A stretch of DNA of 41,458 nt from a virus (taxonomy: Duplodnaviria > Caudoviricetes). Shown here piece by piece: positions 1 to 9,179 of the stretch. The stretch is taken from IMG/VR virus record IMGVR_UViG_3300039916_000022, positions 1-41,458 of that record. One strand, written 5' to 3'. Position 1 is the stretch's first letter; each line of letters opens with the position of its first letter. The notes beneath the pieces were generated by a model, which ran no database searches, was not told the DNA's origin, and saw only the letters and a program-made list of their open reading frames with translations. The translations under genes and the position numbers were made by a program.

Positions 1-1257
1 TTGCTGACGGACAAACAGATCCGGGCTGCGGTGGCGAGGGAGCGGGCCTATCGGCTGCCCGACGGGCAGGGCCTGCACCTTCAGGTCACGCCGAGCGGCA
101 GCAAGCTCTGGCGCTTCCGCTACGAGTTCGGCCGGCAGGAAAAGCTGCTCGCCCTCGGCCGGTACCCGGAGGTCACGCTGGCCAAGGCTCGCGACGCGCG
201 GGAGGAGGCGCGGGCGCTGCTGCGGGACGGCCGGGACCCGAGCGCCGAGCGGCGCCTCCGCCGGGCCGCCAACACCGCGGCGGCGGAGACCACCTTCGAG
301 AGCATCGCCCGCTCCTGGCATGCCCAGCAGGTCAAGGTCTGGGTCGCGGCTCACGGCCGCAACGTGCTGGCGAGCCTGGAGGGCGATGCCTTCCCGACCC
401 TCGGCCGCCTGCCCATCTCCGAAATCACGCCACCCATGGTCCTGTCGGTCCTGCGTCGGGTGGAGAAGCGGGGCGCCGTGGACGCGGCGAAGCGGCTGCG
501 CCAGCGCCTGAGCGCGGTCTTCGTCTTCGCCATCGCGTCCGGCCTAGCCGAGAACGACCCGGCCGCCGTGGTCATCAAGGCCCTGGCGCCAGCCGATCCG
601 GAGAAGCAGCCTGCCATCCTGGATCTCGAACAGCTGCGCGCGATGCTGGCCGCGGTCGAGGCGAAGCCGGCCTACCCGGTCACGAAGCTGGCGCACCGCC
701 TGCTGGCGCTGACCTCGCTGCGCAACGGCGAGGTCCGTGGCGCGCGGTGGAGCGAGTTCGAGGGGCTGGAAGGCCCGGAGCCGCTATGGCGGGTGCCGGC
801 CGAGCGGATGAAGGCGAAGCGGGAGCACCTGGTGCCACTGGCACCGCAGGCGGTGGCGGTCCTGCGCGTGCTTCAGCGGCTGACCGGGGCGTACCAGCTT
901 CTCTTCCCGAACGCCTGGCACGCCCACAAGCCTCTCCACGAGAACTCCATCGGCCACCTGATCGACCGAGCCGGGTACCAGGGGCAGCACGTACCCCACG
1001 GCTGGCGCTCTTCCTTCGCTACCATCATGAACGAGCGATACCCAGAGGACCGGGCCGTCATCGACCTCATGCTGGCGCACCAGCAGCGGAACAAGGTCGA
1101 GGCCGCCTACAACCGGGCGGCCTATCTGAAGCGGCGCCGCGAGCTGGCGTGCCTGTGGGCGGACCTGCTGCTAGAGGGAGCCGGGACGCTGGACGCCCTG
1201 ATCGACGGGAGCCGACGCGTGTCCGGCATCCGGAGGAAGCGGGTAGGGGAGGGCTAG
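1..1257 (+). CDS. int: Tyrosine recombinase / phage integrase (P4-like, N-terminal arm-binding domain)
   Basis: N-terminal [25 protein letters not shown]...[13 protein letters not shown] arm-binding motif; catalytic R (SLRNGE), HxxR (HGWR), H (LAH) and Y (AAYNR). Confidence 0.95.
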   Translation: MLTDKQIRAAVARERAYRLPDGQGLHLQVTPSGSKLWRFRYEFGRQEKLLALGRYPEVTLAKARDAREEARALLRDGRDPSAERRLRRAANTAAAETTFESIARSWHAQQVKVWVAAHGRNVLASLEGDAFPTLGRLPISEITPPMVLSVLRRVEKRGAVDAAKRLRQRLSAVFVFAIASGLAENDPAAVVIKALAPADPEKQPAILDLEQLRAMLAAVEAKPAYPVTKLAHRLLALTSLRNGEVRGARWSEFEGLEGPEPLWRVPAERMKAKREHLVPLAPQAVAVLRVLQRLTGAYQLLFPNAWHAHKPLHENSIGHLIDRAGYQGQHVPHGWRSSFATIMNERYPEDRAVIDLMLAHQQRNKVEAAYNRAAYLKRRRELACLWADLLLEGAGTLDALIDGSRRVSGIRRKRVGEG

Positions 1258-1505
1258 GCCCTTCGCCTCCCCGCCACCTCCTCGCCGGCCGGCGGCACCG
1301 AAACCTGCCGGACGGGCAGGCTGTCCTTCCATTCCAGGATGACCGACCGGGGCCATCGCACTAGGCCGCCGCCGAGCTGGCGGGGCTGCGGGAAGAGCCC
1401 CTTCGCCATGTGCCGGTAGATGGTGGAGCGGCCGAGGCCGACCTCTTTCTCCACCTCCGAGATCTTCAGGAAGGGATCACTGAGGAAGGCCGATCCGTCA
1501 GGCAT
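1254..1505 (-). CDS. alpA: AlpA-family excisionase / DNA-binding protein
   Basis: [48 protein letters not shown] is a typical AlpA HTH; converges on the integrase; GGAGG precedes ATG 1505. Confidence 0.9.
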   Translation of the reverse strand: MPDGSAFLSDPFLKISEVEKEVGLGRSTIYRHMAKGLFPQPRQLGGGLVRWPRSVILEWKDSLPVRQVSVPPAGEEVAGRRRA

Positions 1506-1803
1506 CCCCACCTCCAGCATCCGCACCCCGCCCTCCATCCCCCTCGCCGGGCGGTGGGGTGTTCCCCCGCCTCAGCGCGGCGGCAACAGCGCGGCCGAGG
1601 GGCGAAAGACAGAAACACTTGTGCCACCACCCATCGTAGCGCTCGCTCCTCTTCAGGAGCCCCGGCGGAAATTCTGCTTTGGCGGTTGCCTCAGTCATGA
1701 GGCGCCACGGAAGTTCCGCCGTGAAGCCCAGGATGGCTTCGCGCTGCGCCTCCGTGAGCCCCGCGACCACCCGCTCCACCTCCTCGCGCGTCGGCTCACC
1801 CAC
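1498..1803 (-). CDS. Hypothetical early protein
   Basis: GTG start overlaps the upstream stop; part of a coupled leftward operon. Confidence 0.55.
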   Translation of the reverse strand: MGEPTREEVERVVAGLTEAQREAILGFTAELPWRLMTEATAKAEFPPGLLKRSERYDGWWHKCFCLSPLGRAVAAALRRGNTPPPGEGDGGRGADAGGGDA

Positions 1804-2017
1804 GGCGCTGCTCCTGGCTGGCGGCGAGGGCGCGGAGGGCGTTGACGGCTTCATCGAAAGCGATACCGCGCTGATGGTATCGCGAGCAGGTATCGCGCAA
1901 TCCCAAAACGTCCGCGCGATCACGCTTAGCGAAATGCCAGTCACGCATCCGCTCAATTCGTGCAATGCAGGCTTCGATCTCCCGCAGCGTCTGCGCGTCA
2001 GCGGCGGTCATCGTCAT
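1796..2017 (-). CDS. Hypothetical early protein
   Basis: MTMTAADAQ...; overlaps both neighbours. Confidence 0.55.
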   Translation of the reverse strand: MTMTAADAQTLREIEACIARIERMRDWHFAKRDRADVLGLRDTCSRYHQRGIAFDEAVNALRALAASQEQRRG

Positions 2018-2159
2018 CCCCCGTGTCAAGCGGGCAGTGACGCCCAGTTGTTTCCGGCTCGTTGTCGCGGATTTGCGGGCAACGCTTCCAGTTGCACTCG
2101 CCATCTCTGCCGCCGTGGCAATACTTCGGCGCCTTCTTAAGCTTCTGCGCGTCAGCCAT
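1998..2159 (-). CDS. Small Cys/His-rich hypothetical protein
   Basis: CHGGRDGECNWKRCPQ...RHCPLD; coupled to neighbours. Confidence 0.55.
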   Translation of the reverse strand: MADAQKLKKAPKYCHGGRDGECNWKRCPQIRDNEPETTGRHCPLDTGDDDDRR

Positions 2160-2508
2160 TGCCGGTGCCCTCCTTCGCGTCCCTGACCCACTGATGGCCG
2201 TCCCAATAGAGTGCCGGGCCATTCCAGCGTGGATAGGAATGACTGTTCCAAAGGATACCGCCTCGCTGCCACTGCACGACTTCGACAGTGCATGTGTCGC
2301 CGTCGATCAGGGTGAGTTCAGCGGTCAGCGTATGCTTCCGCCCATCCCATCGAGAACGCGCGTCGGTGATGGCGACATACGAAGGCGGTGTTCCAGGCGG
2401 CAGGATGCCGAGAAGATACCTCTCAATCTTCTCGGCCGCAGTTGGTGGCTTTGGCTTTGGGATCAGAAGGTCAGCCTGCCGGTGATCCGGAACCGCAGTG
2501 CTCATCAC
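2152..2508 (-). CDS. Hypothetical early protein
   Basis: 118-aa ORF with start/stop overlaps on both sides. Confidence 0.6.
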   Translation of the reverse strand: MMSTAVPDHRQADLLIPKPKPPTAAEKIERYLLGILPPGTPPSYVAITDARSRWDGRKHTLTAELTLIDGDTCTVEVVQWQRGGILWNSHSYPRWNGPALYWDGHQWVRDAKEGTGNG

Positions 2509-2879
2509 TTGCCCTCCTGCGCGGCGCGGAGGGCGGCACGAAGCGCGACGATCAAACCAGCCAGGGGTCGGTCTGCAATCGTCACGTCAGAGCCGTTCGC
2601 CTCCATTTCCTTGATCCACTTACGACGCTCTTCCAAGCCGATATCAAGAAGCTCCTCGAAGCGGCCTTCGAAACTCGTCACCCGCTCCCCACCGCCCTCC
2701 TGCGCGGCGAGGGCGGCGCGTTCCGCCAGGACTGCCTTGATGTCTTCGCGCATGGCAGCCTCGCCATACACTTTGCCCATGTCATCGTGCGACAACATGC
2801 GTTGCAGACGTGCTGCGGCTCGGTCTGCATAGGTGGATACCCGCGCCCGCTCCGCAGCCTCGGGGGTGGTGTTCGTCAT
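2505..2879 (-). CDS. Hypothetical early protein
   Basis: 124-aa ORF, ATGA-type coupling. Confidence 0.6.
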   Translation of the reverse strand: MTNTTPEAAERARVSTYADRAAARLQRMLSHDDMGKVYGEAAMREDIKAVLAERAALAAQEGGGERVTSFEGRFEELLDIGLEERRKWIKEMEANGSDVTIADRPLAGLIVALRAALRAAQEGK

Positions 2880-3103
2880 GGCGCGACCTCACTCTTCCTC
2901 TTATTGAAGTTAAGCCACGCAAAATCATCAGCCTGCCTGAATGTCGCAAACGGGTCTGACACACGGCCATCCGCAAAGAAAACGGTGTAACCGTCATCGT
3001 ACCGAGAAACGGAGGCAACCTGCCGCTTATCTAAAAGCAAAAATACCCCTCCACCTTGACGTGGCTTAGTCGCGAACCATCGACTACGCATGGATCTCTT
3101 CAC
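2876..3103 (-). CDS. Hypothetical protein (lower GC)
   Basis: 75-aa ORF with 4-nt overlaps at both ends. Confidence 0.5.
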   Translation of the reverse strand: MKRSMRSRWFATKPRQGGGVFLLLDKRQVASVSRYDDGYTVFFADGRVSDPFATFRQADDFAWLNFNKRKSEVAP

Positions 3104-3852
3104 TCCCCCTTCGCGGGCTTGGACAGCAGGGCGCGGATACGGGATGCCGCTCTACGCAGCACAGTTCCACTCGCAGTGGTTCCGTAGCTATAGGCATCAA
3201 CAAGGTCAGCTTCCCTATCCAACCACCGCGCCGCCTGTTCCTCCCACGGCACGGATGGCGCGGGCGGGGGAAGCGGCATGTCCCGTATCTGTTGCGCCCA
3301 GCCAGCGAGGTTGCTGGCATAGGTGGTAAGCGCGTCGTGCGAGACAGAGTGAAACGGGGAAGCGTCGCGCAATGCGATGATCTCGTCAGAACCCTTGTCG
3401 AACAAAGAGGCAATCGCCTCTCGCACGACCTCTCCCCTATCCTCCCCCACCTGCGCGGGCGGGGTGGCGATTTCCTCGAAGCGACCATCATGGAACTCAT
3501 CATGCGGCCGTGCCCACAGTTTGCCGTCCTCGCCCTTGTAGATAACGAGAACGGCGCCTTCCTCGCACGGTGTCTCGGCTTGAAGGGACGCATATCCCTG
3601 CACGGCATAAGACGTACCGCGCTTCCTGTGCCGGAACATTCGCTCCCCCGCCGCCGTGCTGGGCGCGGTGGGGGCGGCGGTGCGAACCAACTCGCGCAGG
3701 TCGGACAGCAACAACTCTGCCCCGTCCGGCGGCGGCCCGTGGATCGCATGCACCACGTCGCTCAATCCTATGAGTGGATTTGCGTCGCGCAGCTCGACAT
3801 AGCGGCGGATGCGCTCCACCGCCTGCTGCCCGCTGGGGGTGTGGGCGGTCAT
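3100..3852 (-). CDS. Hypothetical protein with DUF1653-like module
   Basis: Internal FRHRKRGTSYAV...LVIYKGEDGKLWARPHDEFHDGRF resembles DUF1653; start taken at MTAHTP. Confidence 0.6.
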   Translation of the reverse strand: MTAHTPSGQQAVERIRRYVELRDANPLIGLSDVVHAIHGPPPDGAELLLSDLRELVRTAAPTAPSTAAGERMFRHRKRGTSYAVQGYASLQAETPCEEGAVLVIYKGEDGKLWARPHDEFHDGRFEEIATPPAQVGEDRGEVVREAIASLFDKGSDEIIALRDASPFHSVSHDALTTYASNLAGWAQQIRDMPLPPPAPSVPWEEQAARWLDREADLVDAYSYGTTASGTVLRRAASRIRALLSKPAKGE

Positions 3853-4295
3853 GGCGCCTGCTCCTGCGTGGTGGCGCGGGCGAGGGCGGCGCGCATGGCT
3901 TCGACCGCCTCGCCATATTCGAGCATCTGGCAAACATCATCGCCGTTCGGTTCGTCGGTGATCCGGAGGAACTGCTGCACCGCCTCCACCAGCGCCGCAT
4001 TCACCTCGCGGAGGTGGGTCGCTTCGGGGGTGGGGCGGAGGGCTCCTACGAGCATCCAGCCGAGCGGCGTAGGCTGCACGCCGCCGAAATGGCGGACGTC
4101 AAACCCATCAGCCTTGCCCCATGAGATCAGGCCTGCTGGCTCCAATTCGCTCGTGGGACCATCCTTGCGGTAGTGGTTCATGAGGAACGACGGCTTCTTC
4201 AGAGCCAGCACCATCTCGGCAATCGCCTTCAACTCTTCCAACGCCGCCGCACTGACGCTGCTGGCCAGCACCTCCATCTCCCGCTCACTCGCCAT
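3849..4295 (-). CDS. Hypothetical early protein
   Basis: MASEREME... preceded by GGGAGG; coupled. Confidence 0.55.
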   Translation of the reverse strand: MASEREMEVLASSVSAAALEELKAIAEMVLALKKPSFLMNHYRKDGPTSELEPAGLISWGKADGFDVRHFGGVQPTPLGWMLVGALRPTPEATHLREVNAALVEAVQQFLRITDEPNGDDVCQMLEYGEAVEAMRAALARATTQEQAP

Positions 4296-4593
4296 CCGCC
4301 CCTCCCGTGCTCTCCACGGCGGCCAGCGCGTCGGGGTGGTCGGTGGGGGTGATCTCTGGCAGCGACGCCCAGCCCACCGCGCGGATGCCGTAGCCCAAGA
4401 TCGGGCCGACATCGTGCGTGTCCTCGATCGGCACCGGGAACTCGCGCTCGCCGCGCCACCACTGGTATCGCAGGCCCTGCGCGAGCGTGTCGGGCGCGTG
4501 CAGGATCGACCACACGTCGTTACTCAGGAGCGCGAGGAAGCGCGTTCCATCGCGCGGCGCCTCGCTCATGGGGCGAAGGTCCAACGTGTTCAT
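4285..4593 (-). CDS. DUF551-like small phage protein
   Basis: LRPMSEAPRDGTRFLAL...GWASLP pattern. Confidence 0.55.
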   Translation of the reverse strand: MNTLDLRPMSEAPRDGTRFLALLSNDVWSILHAPDTLAQGLRYQWWRGEREFPVPIEDTHDVGPILGYGIRAVGWASLPEITPTDHPDALAAVESTGGADGE

Positions 4594-4892
4594 GCCGCCT
4601 GCGCCTCCTGCTGCAGAAGGAAGCGCCGCAGAACCATGCCGCGCTCGGTGGCGCGCCAGATGGCGGGAACGCTCGGCCGCTGAACCTCGGCCAGGCGGAA
4701 CGCCTCCAGCCGGAGCATTGCCTCGTGGCTCGGGTTCTTCTTCGAGTAGGCTCGGCGCCGGATGGACGATCCGTCTTCGGGCAGCCACAGCAGGGCGGCG
4801 CGCCCAGCCGGCCCTATCTGCCGGAGAAGGTCTCTGGCCGCGATCTCGTTGAGGCCCGCGCCGAGGGTGGTGGTGAAGCGCCGGTCAGCCAT
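4590..4892 (-). CDS. Hypothetical early protein
   Basis: Coupled 100-aa ORF. Confidence 0.55.
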   Translation of the reverse strand: MADRRFTTTLGAGLNEIAARDLLRQIGPAGRAALLWLPEDGSSIRRRAYSKKNPSHEAMLRLEAFRLAEVQRPSVPAIWRATERGMVLRRFLLQQEAQAA

Positions 4893-5298
4893 GGAGCGCG
4901 CCCTTCAGGACCCGCGCGCCTGCGGTGGTCAATCCGACGAAGCGGTCTCCGACCCGCTGCCGATCCACGCCGGGTGAGAGGGTCATCAGACCCCTCCGGC
5001 TCAGGGTCTCGGCGTGCTTGCGGACTGTGGCGATGCTGGTCTTCGCCGCGGCGTCCACGCCCGCGATGCGCTCGCCCTTCTCGCCGCAGGCCAGCATGAC
5101 CGCGATCTGGGTCTCGCTCAGGGTCGCGCCCTGCAGGTCCACCCGGAAGGCGATGTTGTGCCTGCGGCACCAGTCACGGGCTTCCATGACCGTGACGAAG
5201 TTCTCGATGCTGGTCTGGATACCGCTGGGCGTCTCGTGGCCGAGCAGCCAGTATCCGCCAGGGCCGGGGACCACCACGGGTCGGCCGAGGGAGGCCAT
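4885..5298 (-). CDS. Hypothetical protein, possible C-terminal winged HTH
   Basis: LSETQIAVML...SIATVRKHAETLSRRGLM...LTTAG pattern. Confidence 0.5.
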   Translation of the reverse strand: MASLGRPVVVPGPGGYWLLGHETPSGIQTSIENFVTVMEARDWCRRHNIAFRVDLQGATLSETQIAVMLACGEKGERIAGVDAAAKTSIATVRKHAETLSRRGLMTLSPGVDRQRVGDRFVGLTTAGARVLKGALHG

Positions 5299-5600
5299 CA
5301 GGCGTTCTCCATGGCTTCAAGGTTTAGGATCGCCGCCTCGACGCGCTCCTGGGCGCGGTGGACGGCATCGGGATAGGCGGCGGACATGGCCGCCAGGTGC
5401 GGGCCGTTGGCGGCGCGGAGCCGGCGCAGGTCCGCCACGGTGCGGGAGCGTCCCAGGGCGCGCTGCCAGGGCTGGTCCTGATCCGTCAGGCGCCGCCAGG
5501 ACGCCTCCCAGACCTGGATCGCCGGCGCGCCGGATGCGCGCCCCTGGATCTCGTGCAGCGCGCCGTCTGGGCCGATCATCGGTAGCCCCTCCCCGCTCAC
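5298..5600 (-). CDS. Hypothetical early protein
   Basis: Coupled 100-aa ORF. Confidence 0.55.
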   Translation of the reverse strand: MSGEGLPMIGPDGALHEIQGRASGAPAIQVWEASWRRLTDQDQPWQRALGRSRTVADLRRLRAANGPHLAAMSAAYPDAVHRAQERVEAAILNLEAMENA

Positions 5601-5959
5601 GAGCCGCGCTGCCGCAGCGTCAGCAGCTCGTCCAGGATGCGATCCACGGCCTCCCAGACCGGCTCGCCCTCGTGCCGCTCGCGGTGGACGATCTCCGCGG
5701 CGCCGAGCGTAACGTTGAGGGTCCGGCGCGACCGGTCCGCCTTGGCGGTCCGCATGGCCAGGAGGGCCTGCTCCACCACGGCGACCGGCACGGCCATGGT
5801 CGCGGCGATCGCGTCGGGCTCCTGGCCCCGCTTGCGCAGGCGGCGGATGGCCTGCACCAGCTCGTCCGACATGCCGATATCGGGGCGGAGCGCCGCGGTG
5901 CGCGGGCTCATGTCCCCGGCGCCGGGCCCGGGCGCCCGGCTGTGGAACCCGTCAGGCAT
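5597..5959 (-). CDS. Hypothetical protein, possible HTH
   Basis: IRRLRKRGQEPDAIAATMAVPVAVVEQAL is HTH-like. Confidence 0.5.
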   Translation of the reverse strand: MPDGFHSRAPGPGAGDMSPRTAALRPDIGMSDELVQAIRRLRKRGQEPDAIAATMAVPVAVVEQALLAMRTAKADRSRRTLNVTLGAAEIVHRERHEGEPVWEAVDRILDELLTLRQRGS

Positions 5960-6098
5960 GGTAGGAAGCCGCGATCGCGAGGGCGACGAGGGCGTAGAAC
6001 AGCGCGCCGCCAGCGCAGCCCCAGGCGAGGCCGTGCCAGATGTTGCCCTGATGTTCCTCGGCCGGCGCGTAGCTCGGCGTGGTGATGGCGGCGCTCAT
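5952..6098 (-). CDS. Small membrane protein (48 aa, not in ORF track)
   Basis: MSAAITTPSY...GLAWGCAGGALFYALVALAIAASYHA; overlaps both neighbours and has one hydrophobic helix. Confidence 0.5.
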   Translation of the reverse strand: MSAAITTPSYAPAEEHQGNIWHGLAWGCAGGALFYALVALAIAASYHA

Positions 6099-6334
6099 GC
6101 GCGTGCTCCGGGGAAAGGCACCACGACGGCGCCGGCGGTGGCGGGGATGGCGGAGGGCTCGAAGCGGAACTTCTCCTGGGGCTGGCCCAGGACGCGGGAG
6201 ACGGCCTCGAACTGCTTCTGGTGCTCGATCGTCGCGTGCAGGTTCTGCAGCGCGCGGCGGGCCAGGGCTTCGTCGTGGTTCACGATGGAGCGGTGCAGCG
6301 CCGCGGCGATGCTTTCGAGGTCCTGGCTGATCAC
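6095..6334 (-). CDS. Hypothetical early protein
   Basis: Coupled 79-aa ORF. Confidence 0.55.
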   Translation of the reverse strand: MISQDLESIAAALHRSIVNHDEALARRALQNLHATIEHQKQFEAVSRVLGQPQEKFRFEPSAIPATAGAVVVPFPGARA

Positions 6335-6603
6335 TGGCCGATCCCCAGGCCGGACACGGCCAGGGCCGCCAGCGACAGGAGCGCCAGGGCGAAGCCGAGT
6401 TCCGTGGCGACGAAGATCAGGCGCAGCGCCGCCAGGATCAGGCGGCCGGCGAGGCTGTCCGGCGCGACCTGCCAGGGGTCGCGGCTGTCGGCCAGGGGCG
6501 TGACGCGCCGGGCGACTAGCACCGGGCGGCGGGGGATGCGGTGGCGGACGAGCGGCGCGGGGCGGAGGAAGGCGGCGCTGCTCTGGGTGGCCGTGAGGGC
6601 CAT
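6331..6603 (-). CDS. First gene of the PL operon; membrane protein
   Basis: GGAG RBS before MALTATQ; hydrophobic C-terminus. Confidence 0.55.
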   Translation of the reverse strand: MALTATQSSAAFLRPAPLVRHRIPRRPVLVARRVTPLADSRDPWQVAPDSLAGRLILAALRLIFVATELGFALALLSLAALAVSGLGIGQ

Positions 6604-6636
6604 ATGGGCTGCTCCATGCCGGGTGGCGATGGAGCT

Positions 6637-6716
6637 ACCATGTGGCCATGTCGGCCACTTCGTCAACTAATAAATGGCCAAGACGGCCACTTTTATGGCC
6701 ATACGCCTATGGCCAC
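6637..6716 (-). promoter_or_regulatory. PL promoter and OL operators
   Basis: Minus-strand -35 TTGACG (6661-6666) flanked by 17-bp sites GTGGCCATGTCGGCCAC (6642-6658) and ATGGCCAAGACGGCCAC (6674-6690), plus a third site with wider spacing (6695-6716); same motif as OR. Confidence 0.85.
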
Positions 6717-6740
6717 CCTGTCCACTCCAGGGAGCAGCAC

Positions 6741-6775
6741 AAAAAACCCCGCCGGCCGGAGCGGGCGGGGTGGCT
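6741..6775 (-). terminator. Intrinsic terminator of the cI-cargo operon
   Basis: Minus strand CCCCGCCcgctccggccGGCGGGG followed by TTTTTT, just past the stop at 6797. Confidence 0.8.
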
Positions 6776-6796
6776 ACTAGGTATGCAGAGACCAAG

Positions 6797-7618
6797 TCAG
6801 TGGATTGGAGACGATCCAGCACCACCATTCGGAGGCCGTCTCACCTGCCCAAACAGCATGGTCTCCATGATGTCTAGCGCTTCTTCCTCATGTCCTGGAA
6901 ACACAACTGACGGAACCTCATGGCCTGCGAGTGCCCGTGTTCGAACCTTCACACGGCTAGGGCTTTCTGTAGGTAGGACCAACATAACCTTAAAGGGCGG
7001 CACATCTCCTGATTTGCTCTTGAGCTGGGCAACAGTGGCTTCAAGAGTACGATCAGTCGATGTTCCAAGAAACAGCGCCAGCGGCTGCAATATTTTAGGC
7101 GCAACCACTATGTCAGCAGGGGTCTGCCAAATCTCCGGATAAACCGGCGTCCTAACCCTTATAATTGCTCTATCTGCAAATCGCCCTGTGACAGCTTGGG
7201 TAACAATCTCGCGAAAGGTTTCCTCTGAACGCTCCCTGGCGGGAGGAACCAAATCCTGCACTCTCATCAACACGGATATAAAAGACAGCGAGAATTCAGG
7301 AATTTGATCGACGGGCATGTATTTAGTGTGGAGAACCCCTTGGTCTGCGTCGAAATGCACACCTGCATCAAAAAGCATTGCCTGAAAAGCAAAGGCGTGT
7401 CGTCCGGTGAGCAAATCAATACCTGAGGCTTCGATTTCAGGTATGACTAGTCCATCGTCCTCCAAGCGAGCAAAGCCCGGATTTCTCTTGTCGTAGACGA
7501 CAAAGAATGCAACTCGGTCCCCGTCTCTACGCCTAAACGGGGTTCCTACCGCCAGTCCCACAGGAACTTCGCGGACAACCAAACCACGACAAAAGGCGCG
7601 GCAGAGAGCATCCTTCAT
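6797..7618 (-). CDS. DUF1828-like protein (immunity-region cargo)
   Basis: N-terminal TPF...DGDRVAFFV...RLEDDG...GID pattern as in DUF1828; low GC; coupled to the upstream gene. Confidence 0.65.
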   Translation of the reverse strand: MKDALCRAFCRGLVVREVPVGLAVGTPFRRRDGDRVAFFVVYDKRNPGFARLEDDGLVIPEIEASGIDLLTGRHAFAFQAMLFDAGVHFDADQGVLHTKYMPVDQIPEFSLSFISVLMRVQDLVPPARERSEETFREIVTQAVTGRFADRAIIRVRTPVYPEIWQTPADIVVAPKILQPLALFLGTSTDRTLEATVAQLKSKSGDVPPFKVMLVLPTESPSRVKVRTRALAGHEVPSVVFPGHEEEALDIMETMLFGQVRRPPNGGAGSSPIH

Positions 7619-8091
7619 AGCAAATCCCCGCGCTGGTCGAGGCGGAAGAAACTTACAGCTACAGCAAATGCCGCAGCCTTGTCTACCTTAAATTGCGTTG
7701 TTCGATCCCAAGTTTTTCTTGGCCACCTACGCATTTTGTAATGCGACCAGCTTGCTCGTCCTTGCTCACACCTCAATACGGCATGGCAATGCCACCCTGG
7801 TTCTTCACCAGGGTGCCAATCACGAACGCAAATCACTCTACAGATACCGTCTTCTACAATTGCCAAGGACGCGTTAAAGATCTGCTTCTGCTCAGAAAAT
7901 TTTATCAACACCTTAAACCGGCTGTGCAGAGCAGAAAACTCCACAATCCGCCATTGCCATGATGCATCGCCAATCCTGAGAGGAGATTGAGATGCAAAAA
8001 AACGAAAATCTGCGGCTGGAATTTTTCCGGCTTTCCACTCACCTTGGTCGTGAATGGCTTTGTTTGCTTGAATAACCTCAAGCACACGCAT
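7615..8091 (-). CDS. Partner of the DUF1828-like protein (His-rich motif)
   Basis: 158 aa with DWHPGEEPGWHCH; low GC; directly downstream of cI. Confidence 0.65.
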   Translation of the reverse strand: MRVLEVIQANKAIHDQGEWKAGKIPAADFRFFASQSPLRIGDASWQWRIVEFSALHSRFKVLIKFSEQKQIFNASLAIVEDGICRVICVRDWHPGEEPGWHCHAVLRCEQGRASWSHYKMRRWPRKTWDRTTQFKVDKAAAFAVAVSFFRLDQRGDLL

Positions 8092-8130
8092 GTCGTGCCC
8101 CAGGAATATCTGCGCTTATGCAGCGCACGA

Positions 8131-8862
8131 TCACTTCCACTCCCATCGCCCAATTACCCGCCCCAGCACCCTCACCTCATCTGCCGGCTGCTCGTAGGGC
8201 TCATAGGCCGGGTTCCGGCTGACGAACCGGATCTTCCGGATTTCGCCTGGCACGACCTGGAGGCGCTTCACCACCACGCCGATGCCGTTCCAGGTGAGGT
8301 AGATGCCCTCCGGCCCGACCCAGGTCTGGGACACGTCCACCATGACCCGTTCCTCGGGCATGATCTCCGGCGCCATGCTGTCGCCCTGGACCCGGATGAT
8401 GGCCACCGTCGAGTTGCGGTAATGGGGAGGCAGGAAGTCCCTCGGCACCATCCACTCCGCGACCAGTTCGGCCTCGCCGTTGCCGTCCAGCACCGGCAGG
8501 GCGCCCGAGCCGGCAGATGCGGCGACGTTGTACTCCCTCACCACCACGCTTCCGCCCGACAAGCTGCTCTTGCGCTCGGTCTGTCGGATCGCATCCATCT
8601 GGATCACCTGTCCGCCCTCCCGGCCGTCTTGCGCGAGAGATAATGACGGTCCTGCAACCTCAGGTATAGGGCTTCCCTCGTCGGCGAGTAGGGCCAAGGG
8701 CTCAATCCTCAGGACCGGGGCCATCCGCGCAGCCCATTCCAGCTTCAGCCGGCGCTTGCCATTCACGAATTTGCTCAGGGTGGACGGGTCTATATCCGCC
8801 TTCTCGGCGATCTCTGCTGCCCGGACCCCGCGGGCGAGCATGACTTCTTCCAGGCGCGACAT
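8131..8862 (-). CDS. cI: CI-like repressor (XRE HTH plus S24 peptidase)
   Basis: HTH AAEIAEKADIDPSTLSKFVNGKR; AG cleavage site (ASAGSG); catalytic Ser (GDSM) and Lys (VVKRL); divergent from cro. Confidence 0.92.
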   Translation of the reverse strand: MSRLEEVMLARGVRAAEIAEKADIDPSTLSKFVNGKRRLKLEWAARMAPVLRIEPLALLADEGSPIPEVAGPSLSLAQDGREGGQVIQMDAIRQTERKSSLSGGSVVVREYNVAASAGSGALPVLDGNGEAELVAEWMVPRDFLPPHYRNSTVAIIRVQGDSMAPEIMPEERVMVDVSQTWVGPEGIYLTWNGIGVVVKRLQVVPGEIRKIRFVSRNPAYEPYEQPADEVRVLGRVIGRWEWK

Positions 8863-8872
8863 GGCGGGCACT

Positions 8873-8959
8873 ATGGCCATATCGGCCACCAATGTCCGTG
8901 GCCAGTGTGGCCACAATCTGGTTGACATAAGTGGCCACTACGGCCACTGTTATGGCCAT
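8873..8959. promoter_or_regulatory. OR operators and PR/PRM promoters
   Basis: Three 17-bp quasi-palindromes: ATGGCCATATCGGCCAC (8873-8889), GTGGCCAGTGTGGCCAC (8898-8914), GTGGCCACTACGGCCAC (8931-8947); TTGACA at 8922-8927. Confidence 0.88.
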
Positions 8960-9179
8960 GACGCTCGACGAATTCCGCAAGGCTGAGGGATGGTCGCTGG
9001 ATAGGACGGCGAAGGAGCTGGGCATCAGCGGCGCCTCGCCCGCTCGGACCGTCCATCGTTGGATCACCGGGCAGCGCATTCCCCGGCCGCGCCAGATGCG
9101 CGAGATCGAGGTGCGTACCGGCGGCAAGGTCACGCCGTCGGATTTCTACCGCGACCCCCTGCCCGCCCAGGCCGCCTGA
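8958..9179 (+). CDS. cro: Cro-like HTH protein
   Basis: MTLDEFRKAEGWSLDRTAKELG...TVHRWITGQRIPR...TGGKVTPSDF; divergent from cI. Confidence 0.85.
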   Translation: MTLDEFRKAEGWSLDRTAKELGISGASPARTVHRWITGQRIPRPRQMREIEVRTGGKVTPSDFYRDPLPAQAA

